DNA of 63,497 nucleotides, counting the filler, from Octopus bimaculoides (lineage: Eukaryota): NCBI RefSeq assembly GCF_001194135.2. It is 6 parts of 6 records of this genome, joined end to end, with 100 filler letters (N's around TTAATTAATTAA, not from the genome) between each part and the next. Parts side by side here need not be neighbours in the genome. Positions count along the whole stretch, not along the records: positions 1 to 31,086 come from NC_068982.1; 5 more parts are not named here. The stretch is one strand, 5' to 3'. How positions within the stretch are numbered: the first letter of the stretch is position 1; each line of letters begins with the position of its first letter. Shown here piece after piece: positions 12,956 through 26,812 of this stretch. A model generated the notes under the pieces. That model worked only from the letters and a program-made list of their open reading frames with translations, did no database searches and was not told the DNA's origin. A program made the translations under genes and the position numbers.

Positions 12956-13377
12956 TCTAAAACGATGACGACGGTCACGATGACGACAATTATGACGATA
13001 ACGATAATGATGATCCCTATAATGATGGCGACGACGATGATGGGGAAGACAGTATTAACGACGATGACGACGATGATAATGGCGATGGGGATGATGATGA
13101 TGAGGATTATGAATACGGCGATGAATGTACATGTACTGCTGGGTGGATGTCATTAAACAGTGATGATAATGAGGAGGTGGAGGACGGCGTTAATTGTATA
13201 TATACTATCAAGTGGATGATGATAAAAGTGGTGGCGTACATACTGAACACGCCAATTTTATGATGGTTACCTATTGACAATAACTTGCTATTTGGAGATG
13301 GTTTGGATGGATTGAAGATATCGTAATGAAATGCTTGTAATTGTGTTAAACTGGTAAAAGGGAAGTGTAAAGACATC

Positions 13378-13668
13378 CTTCATTCACGAATGACTATGAG
13401 CTTGCGCCTAGAATATTCTCCTCCGAGGCACAAATCCGGGCAAGGTTGTTTATGGAAGATCAGCAGTCGCCCATGCGTATCAGCTTCCTCTTTCCTTACC
13501 ACCAATGTTGTACAAGGCAAAGGCAAAGGCCGATACAGCTTGGCACCAGTGACACCAGTGACACCACGACTCGTTTCTACAGTTGAGGGAACTATAATAA
13601 CGTGAAATAAAATGTCTTGTTCAAGAACACAACACACAACCCGATCCGGAACTCTTTAACCACTGAGC
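13378..13668 (-). mobile_element. SINE (head D joined to tail E)
   Basis: Shares gcacaaatccgggcaaggttgtttatggaagatcagcagtcgccc...gatacagcttggcacc with 37031-37385. The head region aacgtgaaataaaatgtcttgttcaagaacacaac...taaccactgagcc resembles 7920-8037. Confidence 0.75.
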
Positions 13669-13892
13669 CGGTATTAATGATGATAATAGCGGAGGCAGCG
13701 GCAGTGATGAGAGTTAGTGGTGAGGATGTCGCGTCTATTGTTGTAGACATGGTCCTGATGAGGGTATTGGTGTTGAAAGTATGAAAATGTGATGTCATCG
13801 GAATTCACTCTGTCACTGTATCAGATATTGTTACACATCGTATTGTTGTAGCTTTTGAAAGCTGTCACCCCGCTGGCTAAACGAAATCCTTA

Positions 13893-13988
<96 letters not shown>

Positions 13989-14325
13989 NNNNNNNNNNNN
14001 NNNNNNNNNNNNNNNNNNNNNNNNNNNNNNNNNNNNNNNNNNNNNNNNNNNNNNNNNNNNNNNNNNNNNNNNNNNNNNNNNNNNNNNNNNNNNNNNNNNN
14101 NNNNNNNNNNNNNNNNNNNNNNNNNNNNNNNNNNNNNNNNNNNNNNNNNNNNNNNNNNNNNNNNNNNNNNNNNNNNNNNNNNNNNNNNNNNNNNNNNNNN
14201 NNNNNNNNNNNNNNNNNNNNNNNNNNNNNNNNNNNNNNNNNNNNNNNNNNNNNNNNNNNNNNNNNNNNNNNNNNNNNNNNNNNNNNNNNNNNNNNNNNNN
14301 NNNNNNNNNNNNNNNNNNNNNNNNN

Positions 14326-14359
<34 letters not shown>

Positions 14360-14946
14360 TATATATGCGTATATATATATGTATATATGTATGTATATGT
14401 ATTTGTGCGTGCGCGCGCGCTTGTGGGTTTCTGTGTGCGTGTGTGTATGCTTATATATATACACACACAACATATTCTGTATAAATAATATCTTTAAGAA
14501 GTTAGATATTAAGCTGGGTGTGAGGGTCAACCTTTCAGGCCTGGTGAATTTGATGACCGACCAATATGACAGCTGAATCAGTATGAAAGACAAGTTCTGA
14601 AAACAGATCATGTCAAAAAAATAGTTATGGGACAAGAAATTAGTACCCAGCCTACACTTCACGCGCCATTGAAGATGATGGACCACAGTAAGTACCATAC
14701 TGGATTTTGTTTCGCTTATAGTTTTTGACAACCATCGACATATACTAACACCCAACATCCCACACTCATACGTATTCCCATACACTCTTGTATACTCATT
14801 TACACACTCTCATACACTTTTATACACACACTCACATACACTTTTATATACTGACATACACTCTTACGTACACATATTTATAAATGCTCACCGGTCACAC
14901 GTATACACTGCATAGGCCTACATGTGGACGAACACAACACATAGTA

Positions 14947-14999
<53 letters not shown>

Positions 15000-15250
15000 C
15001 GACACAGACCGATAGACAGACAGACACACATTTATGCAAACACACACACACATACACCTATATATTTATTAATACTCAGCTGAAGCAACAGGATGACTCA
15101 AGGATCGAGAGTTTCGTGCGTTGGTACTAATCAAAGTTTGATAAACGCCAACGCACGAAACTTGAGTCATTTTGTTGTTTTCGCTAATATAAATAAAATA
15201 TACATATACTGATATTTTGACTTTCATATTTCCTGATTGCATCACTATAA

Positions 15251-15290
<40 letters not shown>

Positions 15291-15800
15291 CTAAGGGGAC
15301 AAAGGGCATTAATCAGCACCAGTATTACTAGAAATAACTGTCAAGACAACTCAGTAACCACAAAAGCACTATCTTAATGACGGACAAGGGAGACAAGCTC
15401 TCTAAAGTCGATGATAGAGCTAGATCATCGATGATTTCGCATTTTGATGTGTAACGCATCTTCATGGTAGGGTTAAACTCAGCTTGCCTTGTCAGCTCTA
15501 AAGTTTTCCGTTGAAATCATACGCTGATTTCATAAACGGTAAAAGTGAGAATTATAGATTCCTTCTGTATTACATGCTGACATTTGTGGTGGTGGTGGTG
15601 GTGGTGGTGGTGGTGGTGGACCTCTGCTGGTCGACGGTGAGGATTTCAGTGGTTCTATCAACTGAATAATCTGTTCCTGAAGTAACGTGTAAATAGTTGA
15701 ACACTCCACTGACTCGTGTGCCGTTAACGTCATTCTTAGACACAACCAGCAACACAGTGTGTGACAAGCTATACCTTTAGAATTACTGGTACAATCCATC

Positions 15801-15955
15801 CGACGGGCTTCTATACAGTTTCCAATTATCTAATTCCACTCTCAGGGTACGGATCCACTGGAGGCTATAGATGCCTTTTGCCCAAGACGAAGTGAGTTAG
15901 ATAGCGGGACCTCATCGTTACAAAGCAAAATGCTTAATCACTCAGCCATACTGCG
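15801..15955 (-). mobile_element. SINE family B (CORE-like), highly degenerate
   Basis: cgacgggcttctatacagtttcc...gaggctatag...ttgcccaag...cttaatcactcagcca is the reverse complement of the 32605-32767 type. Confidence 0.55.
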
Positions 15956-17070
15956 TCTAAGCTGTTAGTTGTAAACTACATATAACCCTAGAAATAACAT
16001 AGAACTCCTTTTATCTCCTTTCACTCCACAAACAGGCGTCATTTTCACGCAATCTCATCGCTCACACTAAATTTTATTACTTTAAACGAACAGAAACGAC
16101 AAAACACCTCCTTAGAGTGATCTGTCAACCCAGTATTTTTCAACGGCTACAAACGCAATCACAATAGATATCAAGGAAACAATCTTGCAACACTAGACAC
16201 TTCCTACTTATAAACAAAACACATGTACAGGTCACTACAACTATTACGCCTCACAAATTTTGATTATATTTCACGGCGATCACACATGTATAGCATTACT
16301 AAATCAGTATTCCAAATACCAGACTTCCTTTTCAAGGTCCTAAAATACTTCAGCCAACAGCAGTTCTTGATCCACTAAGTGAATATACGAAGTGCATCAA
16401 AAAATGCACTGATGAAATGAAACCTGTTTTTAGAACAGTCTCCTCGTTTCTGTTTTAGTTCGGATGCTATACATATCATTGTATACAATGTCCAGGTAAA
16501 AACCATTAGATTGCTAGATAAACATCTATTTACCTGCACACGAGTACTACCTATTATAGTGCTGTTTCTCTTGTTTCTCGTTTCTAGTTTTAATGTCCAT
16601 TATGGAGCTAAACTTGCAAGTGGTGTACCATCTCCTCTAAAAATCATTCAAATCACCAGTCTCGAACAATATAACTAACAAAATCTTGCCTGTATCAAAA
16701 CGATGAATCAAAATTATTATTACAAATGCGCCATTACAAAGTGTACCACACCAAAACAACGACACTGGTAAAAATATTTCACCAACACAACACCGACACA
16801 ACACCGACTAAAGTCGTTACAGTAGCAATACCGTAAAACATCGCATGAACCAACAAAGCATCACCACAAAACTGAACCTGTGCCAAGATAACGTAGTTTC
16901 CATCAGGGTGGTTTTGAAATTCATTTTGAAAAACAATTCAGAATACACGAAATATATTTAAAGTTCAAACTTCTCATTTCGATCCAACAATATCTGAAAA
17001 GGCGGGAACGTTTAGTACTGGGTCAAAACATTGCGGCCCTAATTAACAAAAGAAAAAGAAACCCTAACAC

Positions 17071-17288
17071 ACAAGGCTGACCTTTTGAATTACAAGTACA
17101 ACAGAAACAGGAAAGAAGAGAAAGTTGTGGTGAAAGAGTACAGCAGGGTTCGCCACCATCCCCTGCCGGAGCCTCGTAGAGCTTTAGGTGTTTTCGCTCA
17201 ATAAACACTCACAACGGCCGGTCTGGGAATCGAAACCGCGATTCTATGACCGCGAGTCCGCTACCCTAACCACTGGGCCGCTATGCCT
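17071..17288 (-). mobile_element. SINE family C, 5' two-thirds
   Basis: Reverse complement of 21074-21290. The tRNA-like head ggcccagtggttagggtagcggactcgcggtcatagaatcgcggtttcgattcccagacc is intact. Confidence 0.85.
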
Positions 17289-17701
17289 GCACGGCTCTAA
17301 AGACTAGATCTACTTTAATATGCATTTCTGTTAGTACTAAAAATATTGACCAATTTAACTTGTAGGTATTATCAACCTTGCCTTTTATTTACTAAATGGC
17401 TGTTAAAACTTTTTCAACGTACTATTTTACCTATCTATCTGTCTCTCTACCTAACTATCTGTCTCTCTGTCTATCTACGCGCGTACGCACGTACGTACAC
17501 ACGCACACACATGCACCCCCACACACATGTATATAGGGTATGGAGGCTTTTGTGTATACTGCGTCATTTTTGGCCCGTTATTTGTCTCTGTAAACTTTGG
17601 TGCTTGTAATGTCTAAAATACATGAGCCAGAACTTAAAAATTTTATCCTTCACACTTCTTGTTACTAAGCTGTGTCAGCGGTGAACATTTAAAATTAGTG
17701 T

Positions 17702-18137
17702 TTCTTACTACACTAGGCACAAAGCTTGAAATTTGGGGGAGGGGGCCAGTTCCATTAGAACAAACCACTACGCAACTGGTACTTAATTTATCGACCCCGA
17801 AAGGATGAAAGGCAAAGTCGACCGCGGCGGAATTTGAACTCAGAACGAAAAGACTGACAGAATATCGCTAAGCATTTTGCCCGGCGTGCTAACGATTCTG
17901 CCAGCTCGCTGCCTTATTTAATCAATTCTACTAAAGGCACAAGGCCTGAAATTCAGGGGGAGGGGACTAGTCAATTACATCGACCCCAGTGTTTCAATGG
18001 TGTTTAATTTATCGACCCCGAAAGTATGAAAGGCAAAGTCAACATCGGCGGAATTTGAACTCAGAACGTACCGACGGGCGAAATACCGTAAGCATTTCAT
18101 CTGGCGCGCTAACGATTCTGCCGCCCTCGCCGCCTTA
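17702..18137 (-). mobile_element. Two head-to-tail full-length SINE family A copies (17702-17916, 17927-18137)
   Basis: Each contains ggcacaa..c.tgaaatt...ttaatttatcgaccccgaaag.atgaaaggcaaagtc.ac...ggcggaatttgaactcagaacg...gctaacgattctgcc...gcctta. Confidence 0.9.
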
Positions 18138-18340
18138 TTTAATATTAATGTTCCAGCTAAATGGTTACTGGATACAGCTGATACGTTTCTAGATAATATA
18201 TTTGAGGTTGAGACTGGCACTGCAAGCTTATATGCTTCCACAAAACTCACTTCTTAAACACTAGGTATAGACAGTTGTATCTTAAGATTAGACACAAATC
18301 CAGACAACCACAGATAAAGACACACACACACACACACTTA

Positions 18341-18556
18341 CGAGGGAGTGCTGAAAAGTTCCTGACTTTGGGTAAAAAGAAAATACTGGAGGATCAGTTA
18401 ATTATGATTTTATTCAACATATTCCACTATCAGATTCACACACTTATTTCAGCGATCCTTCAGTTTTTCTAAGCTCTGTAAAGAACTTGGAAGGTTGGGC
18501 ATCTAGCCAGGCCTTTCACGACACCCTTAAAACTAGGATCTTTTTAGCACCCCTCG
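18341..18556. mobile_element. Non-autonomous Tc1/mariner-type MITE
   Basis: Terminal inverted repeats cgagggagtgctgaaaagttcctgacttt and aaaactaggatctttttagcacccctcg, flanked by TA on both sides (18339-40, 18557-58). TA target duplication is a known Tc1/mariner hallmark. Confidence 0.85.
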
Positions 18557-18941
18557 TATATATGTGTGTGTGTGTGCTTATATACACTCATACATATATA
18601 TATACATATACATGCATAGACACCTATGCGCACGTGCACACGCACACACACGCACACACGCACACACAGACACACACACACACACACGTGTGTGTGTGTA
18701 TGTATGTATTGCTCATGTTTGCGTTATCGGGCAAAAGCATTAGACGGACTCTACGCTTCTTATTGAAGGTGTACATGATATCCAACATTACAAATCCCTA
18801 CATCTAAAGTTATGTACATATCAAGAAACACGAGCATACACCTGTTTATATGCACACACATACGCACACATACACGCACGCACACATACGGACATATATA
18901 TCAAGAAACATCACCATACACCTGTATATATACACACACAC

Positions 18942-18980
<39 letters not shown>

Positions 18981-19060
18981 ACATACAGACATACATAACA
19001 CACACACACACACACACACNNNNNNNNNNNNNNNNNNNNNNNNNNNNNNNNNNNNNNNNN

Positions 19061-19102
<42 letters not shown>

Positions 19103-19417
19103 ACGTGTGTGCATGTATGTGTGTTTATGTGTATGAACGCCCGTGCTTTTGATAATTTAAACGGTCGTACCATGAAATTCAATATTAGTGATGACAGGAT
19201 GTCTTTCACCAATGTTTAAGCTTCTCCTTTTGATGAATCCATGCTGACATCTGTCTTCTCGGTTTTACAAAATTTTTAAATCTATAAGACTCAATTTAGA
19301 AACGAAAGGTGCTTTGTGGTGCTAAGTTACAGAGACGTAAACACTCCAACACCGGTTGCCAACCGGTGCTTGAAAGCAAACACAAACACAAAGACACACA
19401 CATTTACCTACCCACAA

Positions 19418-19447
<30 letters not shown>

Positions 19448-19448
<1 letters not shown>

Positions 19449-19607
19449 CGACGGGCTTCTTTTAATTTCTATCTGCCAGATCTACCTACAGAGTCTTTGG
19501 TCGGCCCAAAGCTATAGTAGGGGATACTTGTCTAAGGTACCACGCAGTGGAACTGAACGCGGAACCGTGTGCTTGAGAAGCAAGTTCCTTACCACACAGC
19601 CACGCCT
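19448..19607 (-). mobile_element. SINE family B (CORE-like)
   Basis: Reverse complement of 32605-32767: acgacgggcttct...tttggtcggccc..agctatagtag...ggaaccgtgtg...ttaccacacagccacgcc. Confidence 0.8.
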
Positions 19608-21073
19608 GAGCCTATTTACTTATTATTTACTTATTTGGCCCATAAAATTAATTACCAGTCAACTGCTGGTTAGATATTATCAACACTGGATATTAATACT
19701 TCCTTCAATATTGGGTATTTTGTGCCTATGTTGGAAATCATTATAATTTTTTAGGCGTGTGGGACAATAGTTATCATTGGTTTTGAATCACTCAGTTTTC
19801 TCCCTTTCTTTCAGTCGATTTGACATTACTGAACCTTAGTTCTCTTCGAACTTTTGTCAACGTACGATCGCAATTTGCTGATCCGATACCCTTATATGCC
19901 TCGTGTTATCAAAACACAGATTCCTTGCGTTGCATTGTCCAATCGCTTTGAACATGGTGGCGAATATTGTGGGGCAACTGATATGGAGCAGGGTAGGAAA
20001 CATTTTGAAACAGCTGTTTCGGACCTGCCTAATTGGTGTCGTTTATTCGACGTTGACATTTTTGACATTAGACGTTTTCATGTTTCTCTCGTTCTTTCCC
20101 TCACCTCTGTGTTTGACATGTATGTGAGTATATTTCTCTTTATTTATATGAGAAGAGGGGACATCTTTATATAACGTATTCAATTAATAATTCGTAATGT
20201 CTCTATCCTGCCGCCTCTTTCTCTTTCTCTTTGTGTATGTTTGTATGTTTCTATGTGCATGTGCACTCGCGCAAGTTTGTGTGTGTGTCTGTAAGTGTGT
20301 TTGCTTCCAGTATCAAACTCCAGTCAACAGGGCCAAATCGATAGCATTCGAACAGCCGTGCCCGATCATCTCGTTTTTGCATGGAACAGTCCATGAATCC
20401 TACAGGGCATATATCAGTTACACTTCGAATAAAAATATGAAAATGTGAGAACTACTGTAAGAAATCAGAACAAAATCTATACTGTGTTTGTTACTGTATA
20501 ATTCCAGGTCAACACTAGAGGCCTGAGACATGTGTCACAATGACAGTCGCTCAACAGATCAATTGTTAAAGATACACCATGCTATGTCATCGCCAAGGGA
20601 ACAGACAAGATAGAAACTAACAGATGTCAAGAGGCAGAAATCAGACATCGAAGATGCAAAGAACGACTCACACTTCATTATTCTTCGCCAACCTTCCTCT
20701 GCGATAAATGACCTCACCCCCGCCACCGACCTGAGCAACCATCAAAGGCATAGGCAATCTTCGCACTCATGAAGATGAAGAGCTTCAATCACTCGCTACA
20801 GATTAACGACACGAAGAAAAGTTAATGTTCACGGCGACGACGATCATATTAAACACATTCCCGGAGGCTGTTATTTAAATATTCATGATTTGTAGGGACA
20901 CGGAAATTCATTAGTAGTGTGTTGTGGTTTCATAACGAAATACCGTTTCCCTACAAGTCATTAATATTTACGTACCAGCTTCCAGGACTGTGTTTAATAT
21001 ATAAAATTAGCATATCCAATAACGTTGCAATGAGTTCGTGGATGATTAATGGGTTCTATAGATGTTGCTGTGT

Positions 21074-21440
21074 GGAGTCGCAATGGCCCAGTGGTTAGGG
21101 CAGCGGACTCGCAGCTTCGATTCCCAGACCGGACATTGTGAGTGTTTATCGAGCGAAAACACCTAAAGCTCCACGAGGCTCCGGCAGGGGATGGTGGCGA
21201 ACCCTGCTGTACTCTTTCACCACAACTTCCTCTCACTCTTACTTCCTGTTTCTGTTGTGCCTGTAATTCAAAGGGTCAGCCTTGTCACACTGTGTCACGC
21301 TGAATATCCCCGAGAACTACGTTAAGGGTACACGTGCCTGTGGAGTGCTCAGCCACTTGCACGTTAATTTCACGAGCAGGCTGTTCCGTTGATCGGATCA
21401 ACTGGAACCCTCGACGTCGTAAGCGACGGAGTGCCGACAA
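21074..21440 (+). mobile_element. SINE family C, near full length
   Basis: A box tggcccagtgg, B box ttcgattccc, body shared with 17071-17288, and 3' tail ...gagcaggctgttccgttgatcggatcaactggaaccctcgacgtcgtaagcgacggagtgcc shared with 7802-7880 and 9481-9570. Confidence 0.85.
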
Positions 21441-21726
21441 TAGATGTTGCTGAAGGAGCAAAATCTTCTGAAATATATCATATACTCTAATTATCCATTT
21501 TTCATCTTCGACATCATTGTTGTTGTTTACATCAGGTGACTTAAATACGAAACGTCGTAACAAAATGAGTGCTGGCTATAATTTCTATTGAATATCTGTA
21601 GAGATAACCTTAACAAGTGATGCAAGAGCATTGCTAACGCAGTAGAACACGGTAATGACTTATGAAAACGTTTAGTATATACTGTAGTGTATCATGATAG
21701 CATGACGAAGTACCATGTCCCCTAAA

Positions 21727-21778
<52 letters not shown>

Positions 21779-21825
21779 GTCTATCTGTCTGTCTGTCTGC
21801 CTGCCTGGCTGTCTGCCTGCCTGCC

Positions 21826-21894
<69 letters not shown>

Positions 21895-21899
21895 ATCTA

Positions 21900-21966
<67 letters not shown>

Positions 21967-24900
21967 CTATCTAGATGCATAGGTAGATAGATAGATAGAT
22001 AGATCGGAAGATCAAGAGTTTGAGAAAAGTAGTTAGCATAGGTAAGAAACAGTTACTAAAATTGAAGACTTTGATTAAATTTGTAGTCATGCAAGCATAA
22101 TCAAATAGAACAATCAAACTTAGTCAAATAAACAATACAATCAATTCGATTGATAGGATGTATAAAAGGGTATTATAAATGACTGATGAAGTACATAGGA
22201 ATGATAAGATGGAGAAAGTGTATCGGAAATAAGAAAAAAATGCCAAGAAAGACGAGCCGTCTCTTGTGTTTCCATGCATGTGTACTTGTGCGCACGCGCG
22301 TGTTTGTGTGTGTTTCTGAGGTTGTTTGTGTGTTCGTTTGTGAGTATGTTTATGTGTTTGTGTGCGTGTAGGTGTGTGTGTGACTATCTGTATTGTTTGT
22401 TTGTGTCTGTGTATGTGTGTAGTATACGCCAAGAGGCAAATAAATAAAACAAATGGAGAAGAAATTTAAATTTGTGCTGATTTTTATGCTTTTCGTCTTC
22501 GTATGGCTTACAATCTTCACATTCAATGATAAGCTAGGGGCTGGCCACTTGGCCCGACTGCTTGACATATAGATTCTTGAAACGTTCGTTTTAGTCTTCT
22601 GTTATATGTCACATCTGTTGGAAAATTGTCACGTGGCTTTCTTCGAGTTCAGCCATGTTAGAATGTCGGCTAGATAAGATGGAGAAACAGCAGTTACTGT
22701 TTTGCAGCACTCGTTTGCAACAACTGTTGCTGCTTCTCTTGTCCCCCCCCCATACTTATTATCATTATTATTGTTGTTGTTGCTGTTGTTATTATTGTTG
22801 TTATTGTTGTTGTTGTTGTTTTGTTTCTGTTGTTACTGAAGGCAGTGTTGCTTCAAGTTCTTACTGGCTAGCCTCTGCCGTTTTTTCTTGTTGCTCTGGA
22901 TATCCTCTCTCGGTGTTCTTGTAGTTATTGTTATTTTATTGTCAGGGCGGTGAACAAAACACAGTCAGTGGGTAAGGGATTTTAATGACATATAGTATCT
23001 CATTCAGTACTATGCATTTCTGAGTTCTAATAAAACAAGTGTTGATATTAACTTTTAACCGCCTTGGGAAATATATTACTCACCACATTTGGAAAATTTC
23101 TTACAACTCAGCAAAAAGCATCTCCAAAAATACAAGCGAACTTTTAAACAACGTATATATTAATAGAAATGTCGAACATTTTAAACAATATCTTAAGCTA
23201 AATTTCGGGAACCCCATTTTTATGCCGTTACAACTGTCTATAATGTTGAAATTCAAGGTGCGATAAAAGTGCCGTATTTGTAGCAGAACTTCAAATAACG
23301 TTTTAAATGAATTAAATAACAAATAATGAAGATGGAAAACTTCTAACAGTACAAAAAGAAAAAAAGTTAAGTCACCCTCATATGTTTCAGGCGCAAGACC
23401 CATCATGTTATTGATTTTATAACTGAAACCAGTATTCAGTTTCCTTAATCCGTTTGGCTTTAACCCTCTCGGATTTGGGCTCCTGTGTCTAACTTTACCC
23501 TCCACCGAAGCTCCTGGGTAAAAGAATAACACATGTGACATACACAGCTCAAGAATAATTATTGGAGGCAAACTAAGTGACAGAATCACACAAAAAAATT
23601 CAAGAGTAAAACAGTAAAAGACATATCTCTCAAATACCGTATTTTTTTTTTACCCGAATCACTAGTTACCTCATCACGTTCACCAGTTTGATTGTCCGAA
23701 TCCCTCTCATTGTCTGCGTTAGGTTAAATTCTTCGCCCAAAGAACAACAATATTTTCCTCAACTTCAAAAACGGTAAACCTTGCTCCTTTATTAACAAAC
23801 GAAGTGTTGGGTGCTTTACAGGCTCCTTTCATCGGGAAAATATCGTTTTTTTCTTTCCGATCAAAAACAAAAGTAAACAACAGTTATGGTGGACGCCCTT
23901 AACAATGAGTAATAAACACTCTTGACTACAAAGATGCAGCGTGGTTGCATCTTTTAATCTATTTTTTGTATTTTTAGTGTTGTTCATTACCACTTTTACG
24001 GGATTCAGGTACAGATTACGTTTTGGCTATTTCTGCTATACCGGAAACACGGTCCGAAATGTAAGTCACTATCCGTACTGCAATGAACGTGAGAAGGTCT
24101 ATGTAAACCTTCATTACTTCGTAGCGTTCACTTCTGCTGATGGGCTTTGTACCTGAAAAATATAAAGATTGCTTAATTTTCTCTTTTTACATTGTTAGAA
24201 GCTTTCCCTCTTAATAATTGTGATACAAATTTTACATTTGTATCACAATACTTCATTCAAACTACAACGCCCTTCTTTAAATGAATAAATAAAAAAGAAG
24301 CACGGAATTACAATAATAATACTAATATTTATCCAATATATGCATCAAAATAAGCATAGTGCTGTAACTATGATGGATATTTAGACTTGCTGGTTTACTT
24401 ATGGCCATTCTACTTGATTGAATATCTTCGCCTGCTAAGTTCCACTCGTATAGTACTGTATATCAATGTTGAAGTTTGTTTTCTTATTTCTAATTGGGTA
24501 ATTCAATGCAGTTTAAAGTTAGAAATGTTTAAATGAAAATAGATTCATAAGCTTTCTCTACACTCTTTTATTTGTTATTGAACTGCGTCCATATCGGATT
24601 TTTGTTGGACTCTTCGAATAAATCAACCCAGTACTGTGTGTGTGAGTTAAGAAAAAACAAACACAAATAGACACAAACAAATATATATATATATANNNNN
24701 NNNNNNNNNNNNNNNNNNNNNNNNNNNNNNNNNNNNNNNNNNNNNNNNNNNNNNNNNNNNNNNNNNNNNNNNNNNNNNNNNNNNNNNNNNNNNNNNNNNN
24801 NNNNNNNNNNNNNNNNNNNNNNNNNNNNNNNNNNNNNNNNNNNNNNNNNNNNNNNNNNNNNNNNNNNNNNNNNNNNNNNNNNNNNNNNNNNNNNNNNNNN

Positions 24901-25696
24901 NNNNNNNNNNNNNNNNNNNNNNNNNNNNNNNNNNNNNNNNNNNNNNNNNNNNNNNNNNNNNNNNNNNNNNNNNNNNNNNNNNNNNNNNNNNNNNNNNNNN
25001 NNNNNNNNNNNNNNNNNNNNNNNNNNNNNNNNNNNNNNNNNNNNNNNNNNNNNNNNNNNNNNNNNNNNNNNNNNNNNNNNNNNNNNNNNNNNNNNNNNNN
25101 NNNNNNNNNNNNNNNNNNNNNNNNNNNNNNNNNNNNNNNNNNNNNNNNNNNNNNNNNNNNNNNNNNNNNNNNNNNNNNNNNNNNNNNNNNNNNNNNNNNN
25201 NNNNNNNNNNNNNNNNNNNNNNNNNNNNNNNNNNNNNNNNNNNNNNNNNNNNNNNNNNNNNNNNNNNNNNNNNNNNNNNNNNNNNNNNNNNNNNNNNNNN
25301 NNNNNNNNNNNNNNNNNNNNNNNNNNNNNNNNNNNNNNNNNNNNNNNNNNNNNNNNNNNNNNNNNNNNNNNNNNNNNNNNNNNNNNNNNNNNNNNNNNNN
25401 NNNNNNNNNNNNNNNNNNNNNNNNNNNNNNNNNNNNNNNNNNNNNNNNNNNNNNNNNNNNNNNNNNNNNNNNNNNNNNNNNNNNNNNNNNNNNNNNNNNN
25501 NNNNNNNNNNNNNNNNNNNNNNNNNNNNNNNNNNNNNNNNNNNNNNNNNNNNNNNNNNNNNNNNNNNNNNNNNNNNNNNNGTGCCTATAAGAAGGCATGT
25601 CTCCAGGTGGCACTAGGGGCCAGAAACATTTAGAATATAGTCGGAGCACTGGAATATTGAACAGATTCTCCACTCTGTGTGTGTGTGTGTGTGTGA

Positions 25697-25997
25697 AAGT
25701 GACGATCAGGCAGAATCGTTAGCACGCTTGGCGAAATGCTTAGCAGCATTTCGTCCGTTTTCACGTTCTGAGTTCAAATTCCCCGGAGGTCGACTTTGCC
25801 TTTCATCCTTTCGGGGTCGATAAACTAAGTACCAGTTGAATACTTAGGGTCAATGTAATTGACTTACCCCTCCCTTGAAATCGCTGGCCTCGTCATGGTT
25901 CATTTTATTTTATTTAAAGGTTTCTTACTAATAGAGAAAGAGCTGGTTTCTAACCTAGATCCAAGGCTTTATCACTGGAATTTCAACATCAACAACA
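25697..25997 (+). mobile_element. SINE family A copy plus a second repeat segment; duplicated at 27679-27980
   Basis: Family A body followed by atttaaaggtttctt...tttctaacctagatccaaggct...ggaatttcaacatcaacaacag. Confidence 0.85.
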
Positions 25998-26050
25998 GAA
26001 TATTTTTGTATGTATGTATGTCATTATTCTCCCATGATGTTGCTCTGCTC

Positions 26051-26128
<78 letters not shown>

Positions 26129-26704
26129 NNNNNNNNNNNNNNNNNNNNNNNNNNNNNNNNNNNNNNNNNNNNNNNNNNNNNNNNNNNNNNNNNNNNNNNN
26201 NNNNNNNNNNNNNNNNNNNNNNNNNNNNNNNNNNNNNNNNNNNNNNNNNNNNNNNNNNNNNNNNNNNNNNNNNNNNNNNNNNNNNNNNNNNNNNNNNNNN
26301 NNNNNNNNNNNNNNNNNNNNNNNNNNNNNNNNNNNNNNNNNNNNNNNNNNNNNNNNNNNNNNNNNNNNNNNNNNNNNNNNNNNNNNNNNNNNNNNNNNNN
26401 NNNNNNNNNNNNNNNNNNNNNNNNNNNNNNNNNNNNNNNNNNNNNNNNNNNNNNNNNNNNNNNNNNNNNNNNNNNNNNNNNNNNNNNNNNNNNNNNNNNN
26501 NNNNNNNNNNNNNNNNNNNNNNNNNNNNNNNNNNNNNNNNNNNNNNNNNNNNNNNNNNNNNNNNNNNNNNNNNNNNNNNNNNNNNNNNNNNNNNNNNNNN
26601 NNNNNNNNNNNNNNNNNNNNNNNNNNNNNNNNNNNNNNNNNNNNNNNNNNNNNNNNNNNNNNNNNNNNNNNNNNNNNNNNNNNNNNNNNNNNNNNNNNNN
26701 NNNN

Positions 26705-26812
26705 TTTTTTTTTTTTTTCCTTCCTTCCCCCTCCCAAAAAGAAAAGCTCTACATTGTATTTGTCCCATCTTCGTTGAGCCCTGTGTGGCTAATAAAAGAA
26801 ATGTATCTCTAT
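26705..26812 (+). repeat. Dispersed repeat tail, also at about 29910-30003
   Basis: cccctcccaaaaagaaaagctc.acattgtatttgtcc.atcttcgttgagccctgtgtggctaataaaa...atgtatct occurs twice with near identity. Confidence 0.8.

Noticed and set aside
12965-13200. Met/Thr/Asp-rich ORF
   Set aside because: Degenerate (GAT/GAC)n trinucleotide repeat.
23101-23589. 162-aa minus-strand ORF
   Set aside because: No recognisable domain or convincing splice context; likely chance or decayed repeat sequence. A BLASTX search would settle it.
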